Numbered from the stretch's first letter, positions 28,356 to 37,719 are shown. The stretch is 64,000 bases of DNA from Minisyncoccota bacterium (GCA_041674105.1 JBAYWK010000001.1:167114-231113); one strand, 5' to 3'. Numbers and translations: made by a program. Notes: generated by a model not told the origin, from the letters alone.

Positions 28356-28388
28356 TAAAACTGCCATTTAGGCAGTTTTATTGTTTTG
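28356..28388 (+). terminator. rho-independent terminator (AAAACTGCC-attt-AGGCAGTTTT)
   Basis: Hairpin followed by a T-run. Confidence 0.6.
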
Positions 28389-28405
28389 CATACTAGAATC
28401 TATTC

Positions 28406-28481
28406 TGGTGCGCGATACAGGACTCGAACCTATGACCTTCCCGGTGTAAACGGGTTGCTCTACCAACTGAGCTAATCGCGC
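28406..28481 (-). tRNA. tRNA-Val(TAC), CCA encoded
   Basis: Acceptor GCGCGAT/ATCGCGC, anticodon loop TTTACAC, T-loop TTCGAGT. Confidence 0.85.
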
Positions 28482-28558
28482 GTATAGATATTTATACACT
28501 ATTACTATCTTTAATTCAAGATTTAATGTGGCATATTAGTGTGCTATATTAGAGCAGA

Positions 28559-29278
28559 ATGGACATAGAAATATTATACGAAGATAAAGATATCTTAGCC
28601 ATAAACAAGCCCTCAGGGTTGGTTGTTCATGGTGATGGGAGAACAGAAGAGAAGACTCTCGTGGACTGGTTTGTTTATAAATATCCAGAAAGTAAGGACA
28701 TCGGTGAGTCTTTGGTAGACAAGGATGGTAAAAAAATAGATAGGTCTGGCGTTGTACACAGACTAGATAGAGAAACCTCAGGCGTTTTACTTTTAGCTAA
28801 GACTCAGACGGGTTTTGATAATTTAAAATCTCAGTTTCAGACTCGTAATGTAGAAAAAGAATACCATGCTTTTGTTTATGGAAAAGTTAAATTGGATAAG
28901 GGTATTATAAATAGACCAATTGGCCGTAGCGGTAAAGATTTCAGAAAAAAGACAGCGCAGAGAGGATCTAGGGGACAGACTAGAGAAGCGGTTACAGAGT
29001 ATGAAACTATCCTTAGATCCAATAATTATTCTTTCCTTTATGTATTTCCTAAAACAGGTAGAACACACCAAATAAGAGTGCATTTTAAAGCTATAAACTA
29101 CCCTTTGGTTGCAGATAAACTGTATTCTGGAAGACAAGAAAATACTTTAGGTTTTGAAAGGTTGGCTTTGCACGCTTACTCCATAACTTTTGTAGATCTT
29201 CGGGGAGAGAAGATGTCCGCCACAGCTCCTTACCCAGCTGATTTTGAACTAGCCTTAGAAAAGTTGCAAAGTGAGTAG
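28559..29278 (+). CDS. RluA-family pseudouridine synthase
   Basis: HRLDRETSGVLLLAK catalytic-Asp motif. Confidence 0.75.
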   Translation: MDIEILYEDKDILAINKPSGLVVHGDGRTEEKTLVDWFVYKYPESKDIGESLVDKDGKKIDRSGVVHRLDRETSGVLLLAKTQTGFDNLKSQFQTRNVEKEYHAFVYGKVKLDKGIINRPIGRSGKDFRKKTAQRGSRGQTREAVTEYETILRSNNYSFLYVFPKTGRTHQIRVHFKAINYPLVADKLYSGRQENTLGFERLALHAYSITFVDLRGEKMSATAPYPADFELALEKLQSE

Positions 29279-29302
29279 TCTTATGTTAGATTTGTAGTCA
29301 CT

Positions 29303-29761
29303 ATGGAAAGAGCAGTGTTATCACCAGTAAATATATCTCAAAGAAAATCTTTGGACATTCGTTCAGGGGATACTGTTCGTATACAACAAAGAATTGTTGA
29401 GACAGATAAAAAAACAGGTAAACTAAAAACTCGACTCCAAGCTTTTGAAGGTTTAATTATCGCTGTAAAACACGGAAAAGAAGCCGGGGGGACTTTTACA
29501 GTTAGAAAGATTGCCTCAGGAGTTGGTGTAGAGAAAATATTTCCTATCTATTCTCCAATGATAGATTCTATTGAAGTAATAAAAAGATCAAAAGTGCGCA
29601 GAGCAAAGCTGTATCACATTAGAGATAAAGCAGCCAAGGAAATAAGAAGGCAGATGAGAAACACTAGAGAATTGCCAGATGTCGTTTCAGAGGAAGATGT
29701 GGTTTTGGAAGAAGAAGTTCCTGTTGAAATAGAAAAGACAGAAGAGGAAGTGAAAGAATAA
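29303..29761 (+). CDS. rplS: 50S ribosomal protein L19 with acidic C-terminal extension
   Basis: RSGDTVRI...FEGLIIA...FTVRK...[13 protein letters not shown]...RRAKLYHIR. Confidence 0.8.
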   Translation: MERAVLSPVNISQRKSLDIRSGDTVRIQQRIVETDKKTGKLKTRLQAFEGLIIAVKHGKEAGGTFTVRKIASGVGVEKIFPIYSPMIDSIEVIKRSKVRRAKLYHIRDKAAKEIRRQMRNTRELPDVVSEEDVVLEEEVPVEIEKTEEEVKE

Positions 29762-29763
29762 AC

Positions 29764-29789
29764 AAAAAATCCCGAGAGGGATTTTTTGT
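29764..29789 (+). terminator. rho-independent terminator after rplS
   Basis: AAAAAATCCCGAGAGGGATTTTTTG. Confidence 0.6.
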
Positions 29790-29826
29790 TGTAAAAAATT
29801 AAAGTTCAGAATATAATCACAGGATT

Positions 29827-29911
29827 GCCTAGGTGTTGAAATTGGTAGACAAGCACCCTTGAGGTGGGTGTGCCGAAAGGTGTGGAGGTTCGAGTCCTCT
29901 CCTAGGCACCA
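29827..29911 (+). tRNA. tRNA-Leu(GAG), class II, CCA encoded
   Basis: Anticodon loop TTGAGGT, long variable arm TGCCGAAAGGTGTG, T-loop TTCGAGT. Confidence 0.85.
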
Positions 29912-30066
29912 AATTTATGAAATAAATTTTGACTAGGAGGTCTAGGATTTTTTCAAAAATCCGTAAGACGGACTCGAAGCCCGATTGAGATGTTTTATGA
30001 GTTTGCGAAATAAAACAGCTAATTGGGATACTGAGTATGTAAGACTCGAGTCCTCTCCTAGGCACC
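29912..30066 (+). repeat. tRNA-Leu 3' trailer element: about 130 bp ending in a 22-nt direct repeat of the tRNA 3' end (TCGAGTCCTCTCCTAGGCACCA at 30045-30066), with an inverted T-loop copy GGACTCGAA at 30015-30023
   Basis: Exact 22-nt repeat visible. Integration-scar-like. The track's ORF at 29829..30065 is spurious. Confidence 0.65.
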
Positions 30067-30112
30067 AGAACAACCTTTCATAATTCGTTCTTATTTTATA
30101 TAATGAGACCTT

Positions 30113-30775
30113 ATGAATTCATTTCAGATTAAGGTCCTTGCTGTAGTTGCTATGATAGTGGACCATATTGGTTTTGTATTTTTTCCTCAAATCACAGTAC
30201 TTCGGATAATTGGCAGACTGGCGTTTCCTTTGTTTGCATTTCTTGTCAGCGAAGGTTTTATAAAAACAAGTAATAGGAGAAGATATTTTTTTAGGCTTAC
30301 TGCTTTTGCCATAATTTCTCATATCCCGTACATATATATGATACGTGCTGGGGGAGGAGAAGGAACTCAGTTAAATATTTTCTTTACCCTAAGTATAGGT
30401 CTTCTTTGTTTGATTTTGGTAGATAGATATAAAGACCTTTATCTGAGGACATTTATTGTGGGGGCTGTGCTTTTAGTAGCTATGCTTTTTAGGTTTGAGT
30501 ACGGAGCTTATGGAGTACTTCTTATTCTTTCTAGCTACTTGTTTATTAAATCTCATATAAAAGGTTTGGCTAGTATATTTTTTATAAGTATTTTTAATGT
30601 ATTCTATCGTATCGTGTATTTAGCGACACATCTACAGATATATGCTTTGGGAGCAATACCTTTTATGTATCTATATAATGGACAAAAAGGTCCAGATGGT
30701 TATAGAAATTGGTTTTATTATATTTATCCAGTTCATATGGTGGTTATTGCATTATTGGCTTATATAATAAAATAG
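30113..30775 (+). CDS. TraX-family membrane protein (F-pilin acetylase family)
   Basis: MIVDHIGFVF...RIIGRLAFPLFAFLVSEGF...SHIPY. Confidence 0.5.
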   Translation: MNSFQIKVLAVVAMIVDHIGFVFFPQITVLRIIGRLAFPLFAFLVSEGFIKTSNRRRYFFRLTAFAIISHIPYIYMIRAGGGEGTQLNIFFTLSIGLLCLILVDRYKDLYLRTFIVGAVLLVAMLFRFEYGAYGVLLILSSYLFIKSHIKGLASIFFISIFNVFYRIVYLATHLQIYALGAIPFMYLYNGQKGPDGYRNWFYYIYPVHMVVIALLAYIIK

Positions 30776-30918
30776 AAGTAAGGTGGATGATTTGTGGAAA
30801 AAAGAGCACGATAAAGAGGATTTTTTCAGGTATTTTGTGGGTACTAGCTAGACTTTTCAAGCGTTTATCTGGTATAAATGAAGAAGCCTTATATTTGTGT
30901 ATAAGGGCAAATAATAAT

Positions 30919-30993
30919 GGTGGCTATGGTGTAGCGGTAGCACGCGAGCTTGTGGAGCTCTCTGTCTGGGTTCAACTCCCAGTAGCCACCCCA
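30919..30993 (+). tRNA. tRNA-His(GTG) with encoded G-1 and CCA
   Basis: G-1 pairs with C73. Anticodon loop TTGTGGA. T-arm CTGGG-TTCAACT-CCCAG. Confidence 0.8.
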
Positions 30994-31060
30994 AAGTAAA
31001 TTAAGGAAGAAATACGAGTAGACTAATCTGTTTTATGATACGATTGATTATAAAGAATAT

Positions 31061-31438
31061 ATGAGAAATGAATACTTGTTTTCCGCTAATCTTATTTTCG
31101 TTGTACATTTTTTGCTGGTTTTAGTTGTTGCTTTTGGTTGGCTCATTCCCGGAAAATTCTTTTACGTTTTTTTGACTTTTTTTGTACTGACTTTTATTTC
31201 TGAAATTGCTTTCGGATATTGTGCTTTAACAAAAATAGAATTTGATCTTAGGAGAAGAATTGATCCAGATAAAAAATTTGATAAATCTTGTATCGCACAC
31301 TATATTCGTAGTTGGAGAGGTCTTCCTCCGAGAGAATCTTTTATTACTCAAAAAACTTTTTTGCAAAATAACTCTTTTATAATTTTAATGCTTGGTCTGC
31401 TTCTTGTAAGTCTATTATGGAGGATTTTTGTGTATTAA
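31061..31438 (+). CDS. DUF2784-like small membrane protein
   Basis: Three to four TM helices. GYCALTKIEFDLRRR motif. Confidence 0.35.
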   Translation: MRNEYLFSANLIFVVHFLLVLVVAFGWLIPGKFFYVFLTFFVLTFISEIAFGYCALTKIEFDLRRRIDPDKKFDKSCIAHYIRSWRGLPPRESFITQKTFLQNNSFIILMLGLLLVSLLWRIFVY

Positions 31439-31465
31439 AAAACAATCTACTGGTATAATTTTATT

Positions 31466-31978
31466 ATGAAAAAAGTAATAATATTTCTATTTATTTTAAT
31501 TATTTTAGTTTTAGCTTTTTGGTTTGGGCTAAGTTTTAACAATGAAAAACAATATGTTTCACCAGAGACTGTGGTTGTAATGTTTTTTAAAAATCTTTCA
31601 GATAAAAATTATGAGAAGGCTTTAGAATATTACGGAGGGAGCTTTGAAACTTTAGAGACATGGAATCCTGAAATATCTTCCCTAAATAAAATAGAGCTTA
31701 TAAAAACAGGATGTGAACAAAATGGTTTAAACTGTTTACCTGTTAGAAGTATTGTTGTTGACCCCTCTGTTTCAGTTGATGGTTTAAATAAAAATGGTTT
31801 ATATGACAGAATAGTTCCATACACAGTCACTTTTGAAAAAATAGGTGGAGGTCTTTTTGAAATAGGTCCTTGTTGCGGAGAAGAAGATAATGGTCAGAGA
31901 TTTAGTGAGTTCACTGTGTTTATAGCAGAAAAAAATGGAAGTTATTTGGTTTTGACTCTTCCTCCTTATACACCTTAA
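31466..31978 (+). CDS. membrane-anchored or secreted hypothetical protein
   Basis: N-terminal hydrophobic anchor. 170 aa. Confidence 0.4.
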   Translation: MKKVIIFLFILIILVLAFWFGLSFNNEKQYVSPETVVVMFFKNLSDKNYEKALEYYGGSFETLETWNPEISSLNKIELIKTGCEQNGLNCLPVRSIVVDPSVSVDGLNKNGLYDRIVPYTVTFEKIGGGLFEIGPCCGEEDNGQRFSEFTVFIAEKNGSYLVLTLPPYTP

Positions 31979-31979
31979 T

Positions 31980-32966
31980 TTAGTATTTTATCAATGTTGT
32001 AATAACAAATATTAAATATATTGCTATCAGGACATAGCTTTCTTTTCTAGTTATTTTTTCTTGTGTTCTTGTAAACATAAAAAAAGCTAATATTGCTATA
32101 ATTAGAAATATCCTGTTCATGAAAAAAGAACCGAGACCAGTTACATTTATTGGACTTATTAAAGTAACTATACCAAGAACAAGTGAAGCGGGAATGATAA
32201 CTGCACCCATTAGATTTCCAAGAATCATAAATGTTTCTTCTCTGCGAGCAGAATAAATAGCAAAATATACTTCGGGTAGAGCGCTGCCAAAAGCTATGAT
32301 CAAAGAACCTACTATGACTAAAGGCAGACCAAGGCTTGTGGCTAAAAAGGTAGATGATAAAACTATTCCTTGGGCGGCAATAAAAAGAAGACTAGTACCA
32401 AAAAAAATTTTAAAAGCATCCTTCAGTCCTTCTTTGGTCCCACTTATTGCATTGGGGTGAATATTTCCTTCAATAGCCTTTGAGAATCTTTCTTTCTTAG
32501 AAAATAACCAAAAAATGTAAATAAAAAAGAATGATATTAGGATAATACCATCTGCTCTAGAAAGGATTCCATCTACTATTAAAATAATAGGTAAGAGAGC
32601 TGCTCCAAGTGTAAACATAGAAGTTGATTGGATAGTCTTACTTTCGGCTGAGATTTCTTTTGTTGGTGAAAAGAGTACAGCCAGTCCTACAGCTATAGTC
32701 AGATCTATTAAGTTATTTCCCATAATATCACCAAGAGAAAGCTCGGGGATACCTTTCAAAGCTGAAGTTATACCTATAAGTAAGTTTGGTATAGATGAGG
32801 CAACCGCCATAACAAAAAACGCCACAACGAATTCTTTTAAACCGAAGTATTTGGATAATCTGACTAGACTGTTGACCATTATTTCTCCTGATATATAAAG
32901 TAGACCACAGGAGGAAACAAAGATTAGAATGTTTATTATTGGTGTCATTGTGTCTAATTGTAACAT
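31980..32966 (-). CDS. Ca2+/cation antiporter (CaCA family, YrbG-like)
   Basis: Alpha-repeat motifs ASSIPNL and AFGSALPE. About 10 TM helices. Confidence 0.6.
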   Translation of the reverse strand: MLQLDTMTPIINILIFVSSCGLLYISGEIMVNSLVRLSKYFGLKEFVVAFFVMAVASSIPNLLIGITSALKGIPELSLGDIMGNNLIDLTIAVGLAVLFSPTKEISAESKTIQSTSMFTLGAALLPIILIVDGILSRADGIILISFFFIYIFWLFSKKERFSKAIEGNIHPNAISGTKEGLKDAFKIFFGTSLLFIAAQGIVLSSTFLATSLGLPLVIVGSLIIAFGSALPEVYFAIYSARREETFMILGNLMGAVIIPASLVLGIVTLISPINVTGLGSFFMNRIFLIIAILAFFMFTRTQEKITRKESYVLIAIYLIFVITTLIKY

Positions 32967-33016
32967 TTCGGGATAACTTTAGGTGCAAATAAATTTTATT
33001 TGGTATAATAGACTAT

Positions 33017-33502
33017 ATGAAAAATTCAAAAAATATTATTATAGGTTTGGCTTCAGTTTTAGTTTTAGCCTTTATTATGTATGTGTATTTGGCTTATAGT
33101 GTAAACCAAAATGGTGGGGTATTAGATTTAAATGAAAACACTGATACAGAGGATGCTAATCAAAATACGACATCAAAAGATACAAATACAAAAAATACAG
33201 CTTCTCAGGACAAGGCTTATCTTGGTGTAGACGGTATTTATGTTGTGAAATATACAGATGAGGGTTTTGTACCAAGCAATCTACAAATACCTAGAGGTAA
33301 AAGTATTCGTTTTATAAATAATTCTTCTAAAGGAATGAGAGTTTCTTCAGATGAAAAAGCTTCTCCAACTTTTAGTGAATTAACTCAGTCTGAAACAGTA
33401 GGAAAGGGTTCAACCTATACATTTTCTTTTGTTAAAGAAGGTCTATGGGTTTATTACAACGGAGCAATTCCTTCACATAGAGGTTCAGTCGTTGTTTATT
33501 AA
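33017..33502 (+). CDS. membrane-anchored hypothetical protein with a C-terminal beta-sandwich-like domain
   Basis: N-terminal TM, N/T-rich linker. No copper-ligand pattern. Confidence 0.4.
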   Translation: MKNSKNIIIGLASVLVLAFIMYVYLAYSVNQNGGVLDLNENTDTEDANQNTTSKDTNTKNTASQDKAYLGVDGIYVVKYTDEGFVPSNLQIPRGKSIRFINNSSKGMRVSSDEKASPTFSELTQSETVGKGSTYTFSFVKEGLWVYYNGAIPSHRGSVVVY

Positions 33503-33507
33503 AAAAT

Positions 33508-34035
33508 ATGAGTGATTATTCCTCTTACTTAGAAACAAAAAAATACCAGACAAAGTATAGGGCTCATTTTATTACCATAACTCCAGATATAAATCAGGCT
33601 ATAAAAAAATCTGGTATAAAAAGAGGAACAGTAACCATCCAAACTCATCACACAACCTGTGGGGTATGGATAAATGAGGATGAAAAAAACTTAGTAGGGC
33701 CATCCGAGGAGCTCGGATATACAGCAGACTTAAGAAAGATACTAGATAATTTTGCTAGTCCAACTTTGGGGTATGGACATAATGATGTCTGTGATCCAAA
33801 AAATCCAGAAGGTAAAAGAAACACTCATTTGTGTGAGCCAGATGAAAATGGGGTTATTCACGAGTGTATAAATGGACACTCTCATGCTCAGGCCTTACTT
33901 ATTCATCCATCTCTCTCTTGTATAGTAGATGATGGTCAAATATTGAAAGGTAATTGGCAACAGATAATGTTAGTTGAGCTTGACCATGATAGGGAAAGAA
34001 CGGTATCTTTTCTAATACAAGGTATTAAGGAATAA
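33508..34035 (+). CDS. YjbQ/UPF0047-family protein with a Cys/His-rich insert
   Basis: ITITPDIN...TVTIQTHHTTCGVWINEDE...GNWQQIMLVELDHDRER fits the YjbQ fold. Confidence 0.6.
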   Translation: MSDYSSYLETKKYQTKYRAHFITITPDINQAIKKSGIKRGTVTIQTHHTTCGVWINEDEKNLVGPSEELGYTADLRKILDNFASPTLGYGHNDVCDPKNPEGKRNTHLCEPDENGVIHECINGHSHAQALLIHPSLSCIVDDGQILKGNWQQIMLVELDHDRERTVSFLIQGIKE

Positions 34036-34038
34036 GAT

Positions 34039-34896
34039 ATGTATACATTAAAACCATCAGAAGATTATAGTCTCCTAGATAGTGGAGAAGGATATAAGCT
34101 GGAAAAATTTGGCGCATTTTTGGTATCAAGACCAGACCCTCAAGCTATCTGGAAAAAAAAGCTGAAAGAAGAATGGTCTTTGGCGGATTTTGAGTTTATT
34201 CAGAAAGGACAAAATGGTAAATGGAGAAAAAATAAAGAAGTACCAAAAGATTGGGTTATGAGTCTAAGTGGAATTTTATTTAACCTAACAATGGGGAATT
34301 TTAAGCACTTAGGAATTTTTCCTGAACAGTCTGTGCATTTCAAGTGGCTTAAAGATAAAATAGAAGAAGGTATAAAAGAAAATGACACGGTTTCTGTTTT
34401 AAATTTATTTGGTTATACAGGCGGAGCATCTGTATTTTCCGCAAAATGTGGAGCAGAGGTTTGTCATGTAGATGCTTCAAGAGTATCAGTTGATACGGCT
34501 TTTAAAAATTGTGATTTAAATAATTTAGAGAAAGCACCAATAAAGTTTATTGTAGATGATGTTAAAAAATTTATAGAGAAAGAAATTCGTCGTGGAAAAA
34601 CTTACGACATTGTAATAATGGACCCACCTCTTTATGGAAGGGGAACAAAAAATGAAGTTTGGAATTTGAATACTGATTTACCAAAACTTCTTTCAAAAAT
34701 ACCCAAGCTTCTTTCAAAAAATAAATCAGCGGTTTTGTTAAATGGATACGCTTCAAACTACTCTCATATAACATATAAACAAGTTTTAGAATCAAACATG
34801 GCTTTAGAGGGAAAATACTCTTCTGATGAGATTTATATAGAGGAGACATCCGGAAGGCTTTTACCTGTCGGTATTTTTTCTAAGTGGGAGAAATAA
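34039..34896 (+). CDS. class I SAM-dependent RNA methyltransferase (RlmI/YccW-like, no PUA domain)
   Basis: NLFGYTGGASVFSAKCGAEVCHVDAS...IVIMDPP. Confidence 0.55.
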   Translation: MYTLKPSEDYSLLDSGEGYKLEKFGAFLVSRPDPQAIWKKKLKEEWSLADFEFIQKGQNGKWRKNKEVPKDWVMSLSGILFNLTMGNFKHLGIFPEQSVHFKWLKDKIEEGIKENDTVSVLNLFGYTGGASVFSAKCGAEVCHVDASRVSVDTAFKNCDLNNLEKAPIKFIVDDVKKFIEKEIRRGKTYDIVIMDPPLYGRGTKNEVWNLNTDLPKLLSKIPKLLSKNKSAVLLNGYASNYSHITYKQVLESNMALEGKYSSDEIYIEETSGRLLPVGIFSKWEK

Positions 34897-34933
34897 AAAA
34901 ATAGACAGTGGTATCAAACCACTGTCTTTATAA
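34896..34933. terminator. bidirectional rho-independent terminator (A7-AGACAGTGG-tatcaaa-CCACTGTCT-TTT)
   Basis: Serves the convergent genes on either side. Confidence 0.6.
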
Positions 34934-34951
34934 TGCCCAGTTCAGGGCGGT

Positions 34952-35107
34952 TTATTTGCTTTCCTTTGTACGAGACTCGGTCTTCTCGCTTCTGGGTTTC
35001 TCTGGACCCCTTCTTTTAATAGAAGGAAGGGGCCCCAGGATATTATCAACGTTATTTTCTGGTACTGGCGCGAGACGCGCTAGAAATTCATCTTCATGAA
35101 CTGACAT
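34952..35107 (-). CDS. small basic protein (51 aa) MSVHEDEFLARLAPVPENNVDNILGPLPSIKRRGPEKPRSEKTESRTKESK
   Basis: SD AAGGA 5 nt upstream. Terminator directly after the stop. GC-rich. Not in the track because it is under 60 aa. Confidence 0.35.
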   Translation of the reverse strand: MSVHEDEFLARLAPVPENNVDNILGPLPSIKRRGPEKPRSEKTESRTKESK

Positions 35108-35182
35108 AAATATCCTTTCTTTTTATAAATTATCATTGATTATTCTAGTTTGCAAGGTATAGTGTTATGATTATACAAACCT

Positions 35183-36007
35183 ATGATATTTTCTGGCACA
35201 CAAATTAGAGATGAAATAATACCTAAATTAAGACAGGGTTTTTCTTTGCTAGAGTATAAATCTCAGTTAGTTATAGTTCAAATAGGTGAAAACGAGGTTT
35301 CTTCTGTCTATATAAATCAAAAGAAGAAAATCGGGGATTCTTTAGGGGTAAAAGTTTTGAGTATAAATTTGTCTGAAGAAGTGGAAGAAAATGAAATACT
35401 GGATGTTATCTCTGGATATAATGATGATGAAGAAACTCTAGGAATAATTGTTCAACTACCAATTCCAGATAAATTTGATACTAGAAAGATTTTGGATTCT
35501 ATAAAACCCGAAAAGGATATAGATGGCCTTGGCTCTATTCAAACAGGATTTCTTTTAACCAAAAATCCAAAAGCTTTTGTGCCAGCTACCGCCAGAGGTG
35601 TTTTGTCTATTTTGGATTATTACAAAGTAGAATTAAGTGGTACGGATGTGGTAATTGTCGGTAGATCAAATCTAGTAGGGTTACCCACTGCTATTTCCTG
35701 TATACATAGAGATGCTACTGTAACTGTGTGTAATTCTCATACTAAAAACCTAGATCAAATAACAAGTAAGGCAGATATTCTAATTGTGGCTTGTGGTAAG
35801 CCAAAATTGATTACTGAAAACTTCATTAAAAAAGGAGCTATTGTGATAGATATTGGTATACATAAAATAGAAAAAGGTCTTTGTGGGGATGTTGATTTTG
35901 AAAAAGTTTCAGAAAAAGTTTCTGGTATAACACCGGTTCCAGGGGGAGTAGGGCCTTTGACCGTTATCTCTTTATTTCAAAATCTTCTGGATGCCTCAAA
36001 GAGGTAG
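35183..36007 (+). CDS. folD: bifunctional methylenetetrahydrofolate dehydrogenase/cyclohydrolase
   Basis: GRSNLVGLP...ATVTVCNSHT...PVPGGVGPLT. Confidence 0.85.
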   Translation: MIFSGTQIRDEIIPKLRQGFSLLEYKSQLVIVQIGENEVSSVYINQKKKIGDSLGVKVLSINLSEEVEENEILDVISGYNDDEETLGIIVQLPIPDKFDTRKILDSIKPEKDIDGLGSIQTGFLLTKNPKAFVPATARGVLSILDYYKVELSGTDVVIVGRSNLVGLPTAISCIHRDATVTVCNSHTKNLDQITSKADILIVACGKPKLITENFIKKGAIVIDIGIHKIEKGLCGDVDFEKVSEKVSGITPVPGGVGPLTVISLFQNLLDASKR

Positions 36008-36021
36008 ATATGGTATAATAG

Positions 36022-36855
36022 GTGGGTTATAAGGTAATAATTAATATCATGTATCAATTTTTAGACGATTCAAGGAAAAAACAATTTTTTAATATCATTA
36101 TTGCTATAGGTATACTTTTGTCTTTATTTCTAGCGGTCAAGGCTATAAATGCTGTAAAAGAATACTCTAATATAGGAAAAGGTATTTACCCTTCAAACAC
36201 TATATCAGTCTCTGGAACAGCTGAAGTTTTTGCTATACCAGATACAGCTTCTCTTTCTTTTTCTGTAGTTGAAGAAGGAAAAGATGTGGCAGAAGCACGA
36301 GATAAATCTGCCAAGAAAATTAATTCTATCATTGACTCTATAAAATCTATGGGGGTTGAGGATAAAGATATAAAAACAACAGGGTACAATGCCTATCCTA
36401 GATATGACTACACAAGGGTTCTTTGTAATGAATTTTCTTGCCCACCTAGTAAACAAGTCTTGATAGGTTATGAAGTTTCTCAGACAATCACTTTAAAAAT
36501 TAGAAAGACTGATAAAGCAGGAGAAATTTTGACAAAGGTTGGAGATCTAGGAGCTTCAAATATAAGTGGTTTAGACTTTGTTGTTGACGATATGGATGCT
36601 ATAAAAGCAGAAGCTAGAGAGAAAGCCATAGCTAATGCTAAAGATAAAGCAAAAGCTCTTTCAAAATCTCTCAATGTAAAACTTGTTGATATTGTAAGTT
36701 TTTATGAAATGGAACCTTCCGACATATACGGTAGAGGGATGGGAGGTCAAGCTTATGATGAAAAACTAATGTCAGCCTCTCCTGTCGTGCCACAACTACC
36801 CGTTGGTGAAAACAAATATGTTTCAAATGTCTCTATAACCTATGAGATAAGATAG
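36022..36855 (+). CDS. SIMPL-domain (DUF541) protein, membrane-anchored
   Basis: TM anchor. ISVSGTAEVFAIPDTASLSFSV...GY segments. Confidence 0.55.
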   Translation: MGYKVIINIMYQFLDDSRKKQFFNIIIAIGILLSLFLAVKAINAVKEYSNIGKGIYPSNTISVSGTAEVFAIPDTASLSFSVVEEGKDVAEARDKSAKKINSIIDSIKSMGVEDKDIKTTGYNAYPRYDYTRVLCNEFSCPPSKQVLIGYEVSQTITLKIRKTDKAGEILTKVGDLGASNISGLDFVVDDMDAIKAEAREKAIANAKDKAKALSKSLNVKLVDIVSFYEMEPSDIYGRGMGGQAYDEKLMSASPVVPQLPVGENKYVSNVSITYEIR

Positions 36856-36989
36856 AAAGACATCGTGTCTTTAAAATACAAAAAACCTCTATTTCTAGAG
36901 GTTTTTTGTTGTATTGACTATCCATTTATAATAGAGTACTATTATTTCATTGCCCCTCGGGGGTTTTTTACTAAACAAACATTACATTT

Positions 36990-37169
36990 ATGAGCATAAT
37001 AAATTATCTTAAAGACACACAAGGAGAGTTGAAGCATGTAAATTGGCCATCAAAAAAACAAGCTATAATATTTAGTATTGTGGTGGTACTTATTTCTGTA
37101 TTCACAGCCTTTTTCTTGGGTTTCTTTGATTATATATTTCAACTAATTCTTAATAAATTCGTTATTTAA
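36990..37169 (+). CDS. secE: preprotein translocase subunit SecE (59 aa)
   Basis: MSIINYLKDTQGELKHVNWPSKKQAIIFSIVVVLISVFTAFFLGFFDYIFQLI. Lies directly upstream of nusG-rplK. Absent from the track because it is under 60 aa. Confidence 0.6.
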   Translation: MSIINYLKDTQGELKHVNWPSKKQAIIFSIVVVLISVFTAFFLGFFDYIFQLILNKFVI

Positions 37170-37173
37170 AAAT

Positions 37174-37719
37174 ATGTCTAAACAACAAATATCAGAAGGT
37201 AGAAATTGGTATGTTATACATACATACGCTGGATATGAGAATGCTGTTATGAGAAATTTAAAACAGCGTATAGAGTCTTTGGGAATGAACGACAAGATTT
37301 TTAATGTTATTGTTCCAACAGAAAAGAAAATAAAAATAAAAGGTGGAAAAAGAGTAGAAGATGAAGAAAAAATATATCCAGGATATATTTTAGTGGATAT
37401 GGTGGTGACTGATGATTCTTGGTATGTTGTTAGAAATACTCCTCGTGTGACCGGGTTTGTTGGCTCTGGAGTCTACCCAGTACCGGTAGATAAAAAAGAA
37501 ATAGAAGATTTGTTTTCTAGAATGAATTCTCATACCTTAAAACACAAGATTGATTTGTCAGTGGATGACAATATTATGATAGTAGACGGACCATTTAAAG
37601 ATCTTGAGGGTAAAGTTTCAGAAGTGGACGAAGAAAGAGGAAAGATAAAGGTATTGGTGGCTATGTTTGGAAGAGAAACCCCTGTAGAGCTAGATTTTTT
37701 ACAGGTCAAAAAGGCTTGA
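37174..37719 (+). CDS. nusG: transcription termination/antitermination factor NusG
   Basis: NGN domain WYVIHTYAGYE. KOW motif at the C-terminus. Confidence 0.85.
   Translation: MSKQQISEGRNWYVIHTYAGYENAVMRNLKQRIESLGMNDKIFNVIVPTEKKIKIKGGKRVEDEEKIYPGYILVDMVVTDDSWYVVRNTPRVTGFVGSGVYPVPVDKKEIEDLFSRMNSHTLKHKIDLSVDDNIMIVDGPFKDLEGKVSEVDEERGKIKVLVAMFGRETPVELDFLQVKKA

Noticed and set aside
29829-30999. ORFs 29829..30065 (-) and 30709..30999 (+)
   Set aside because: They overlap tRNA-Leu plus its att-like scar, and tRNA-His, respectively.
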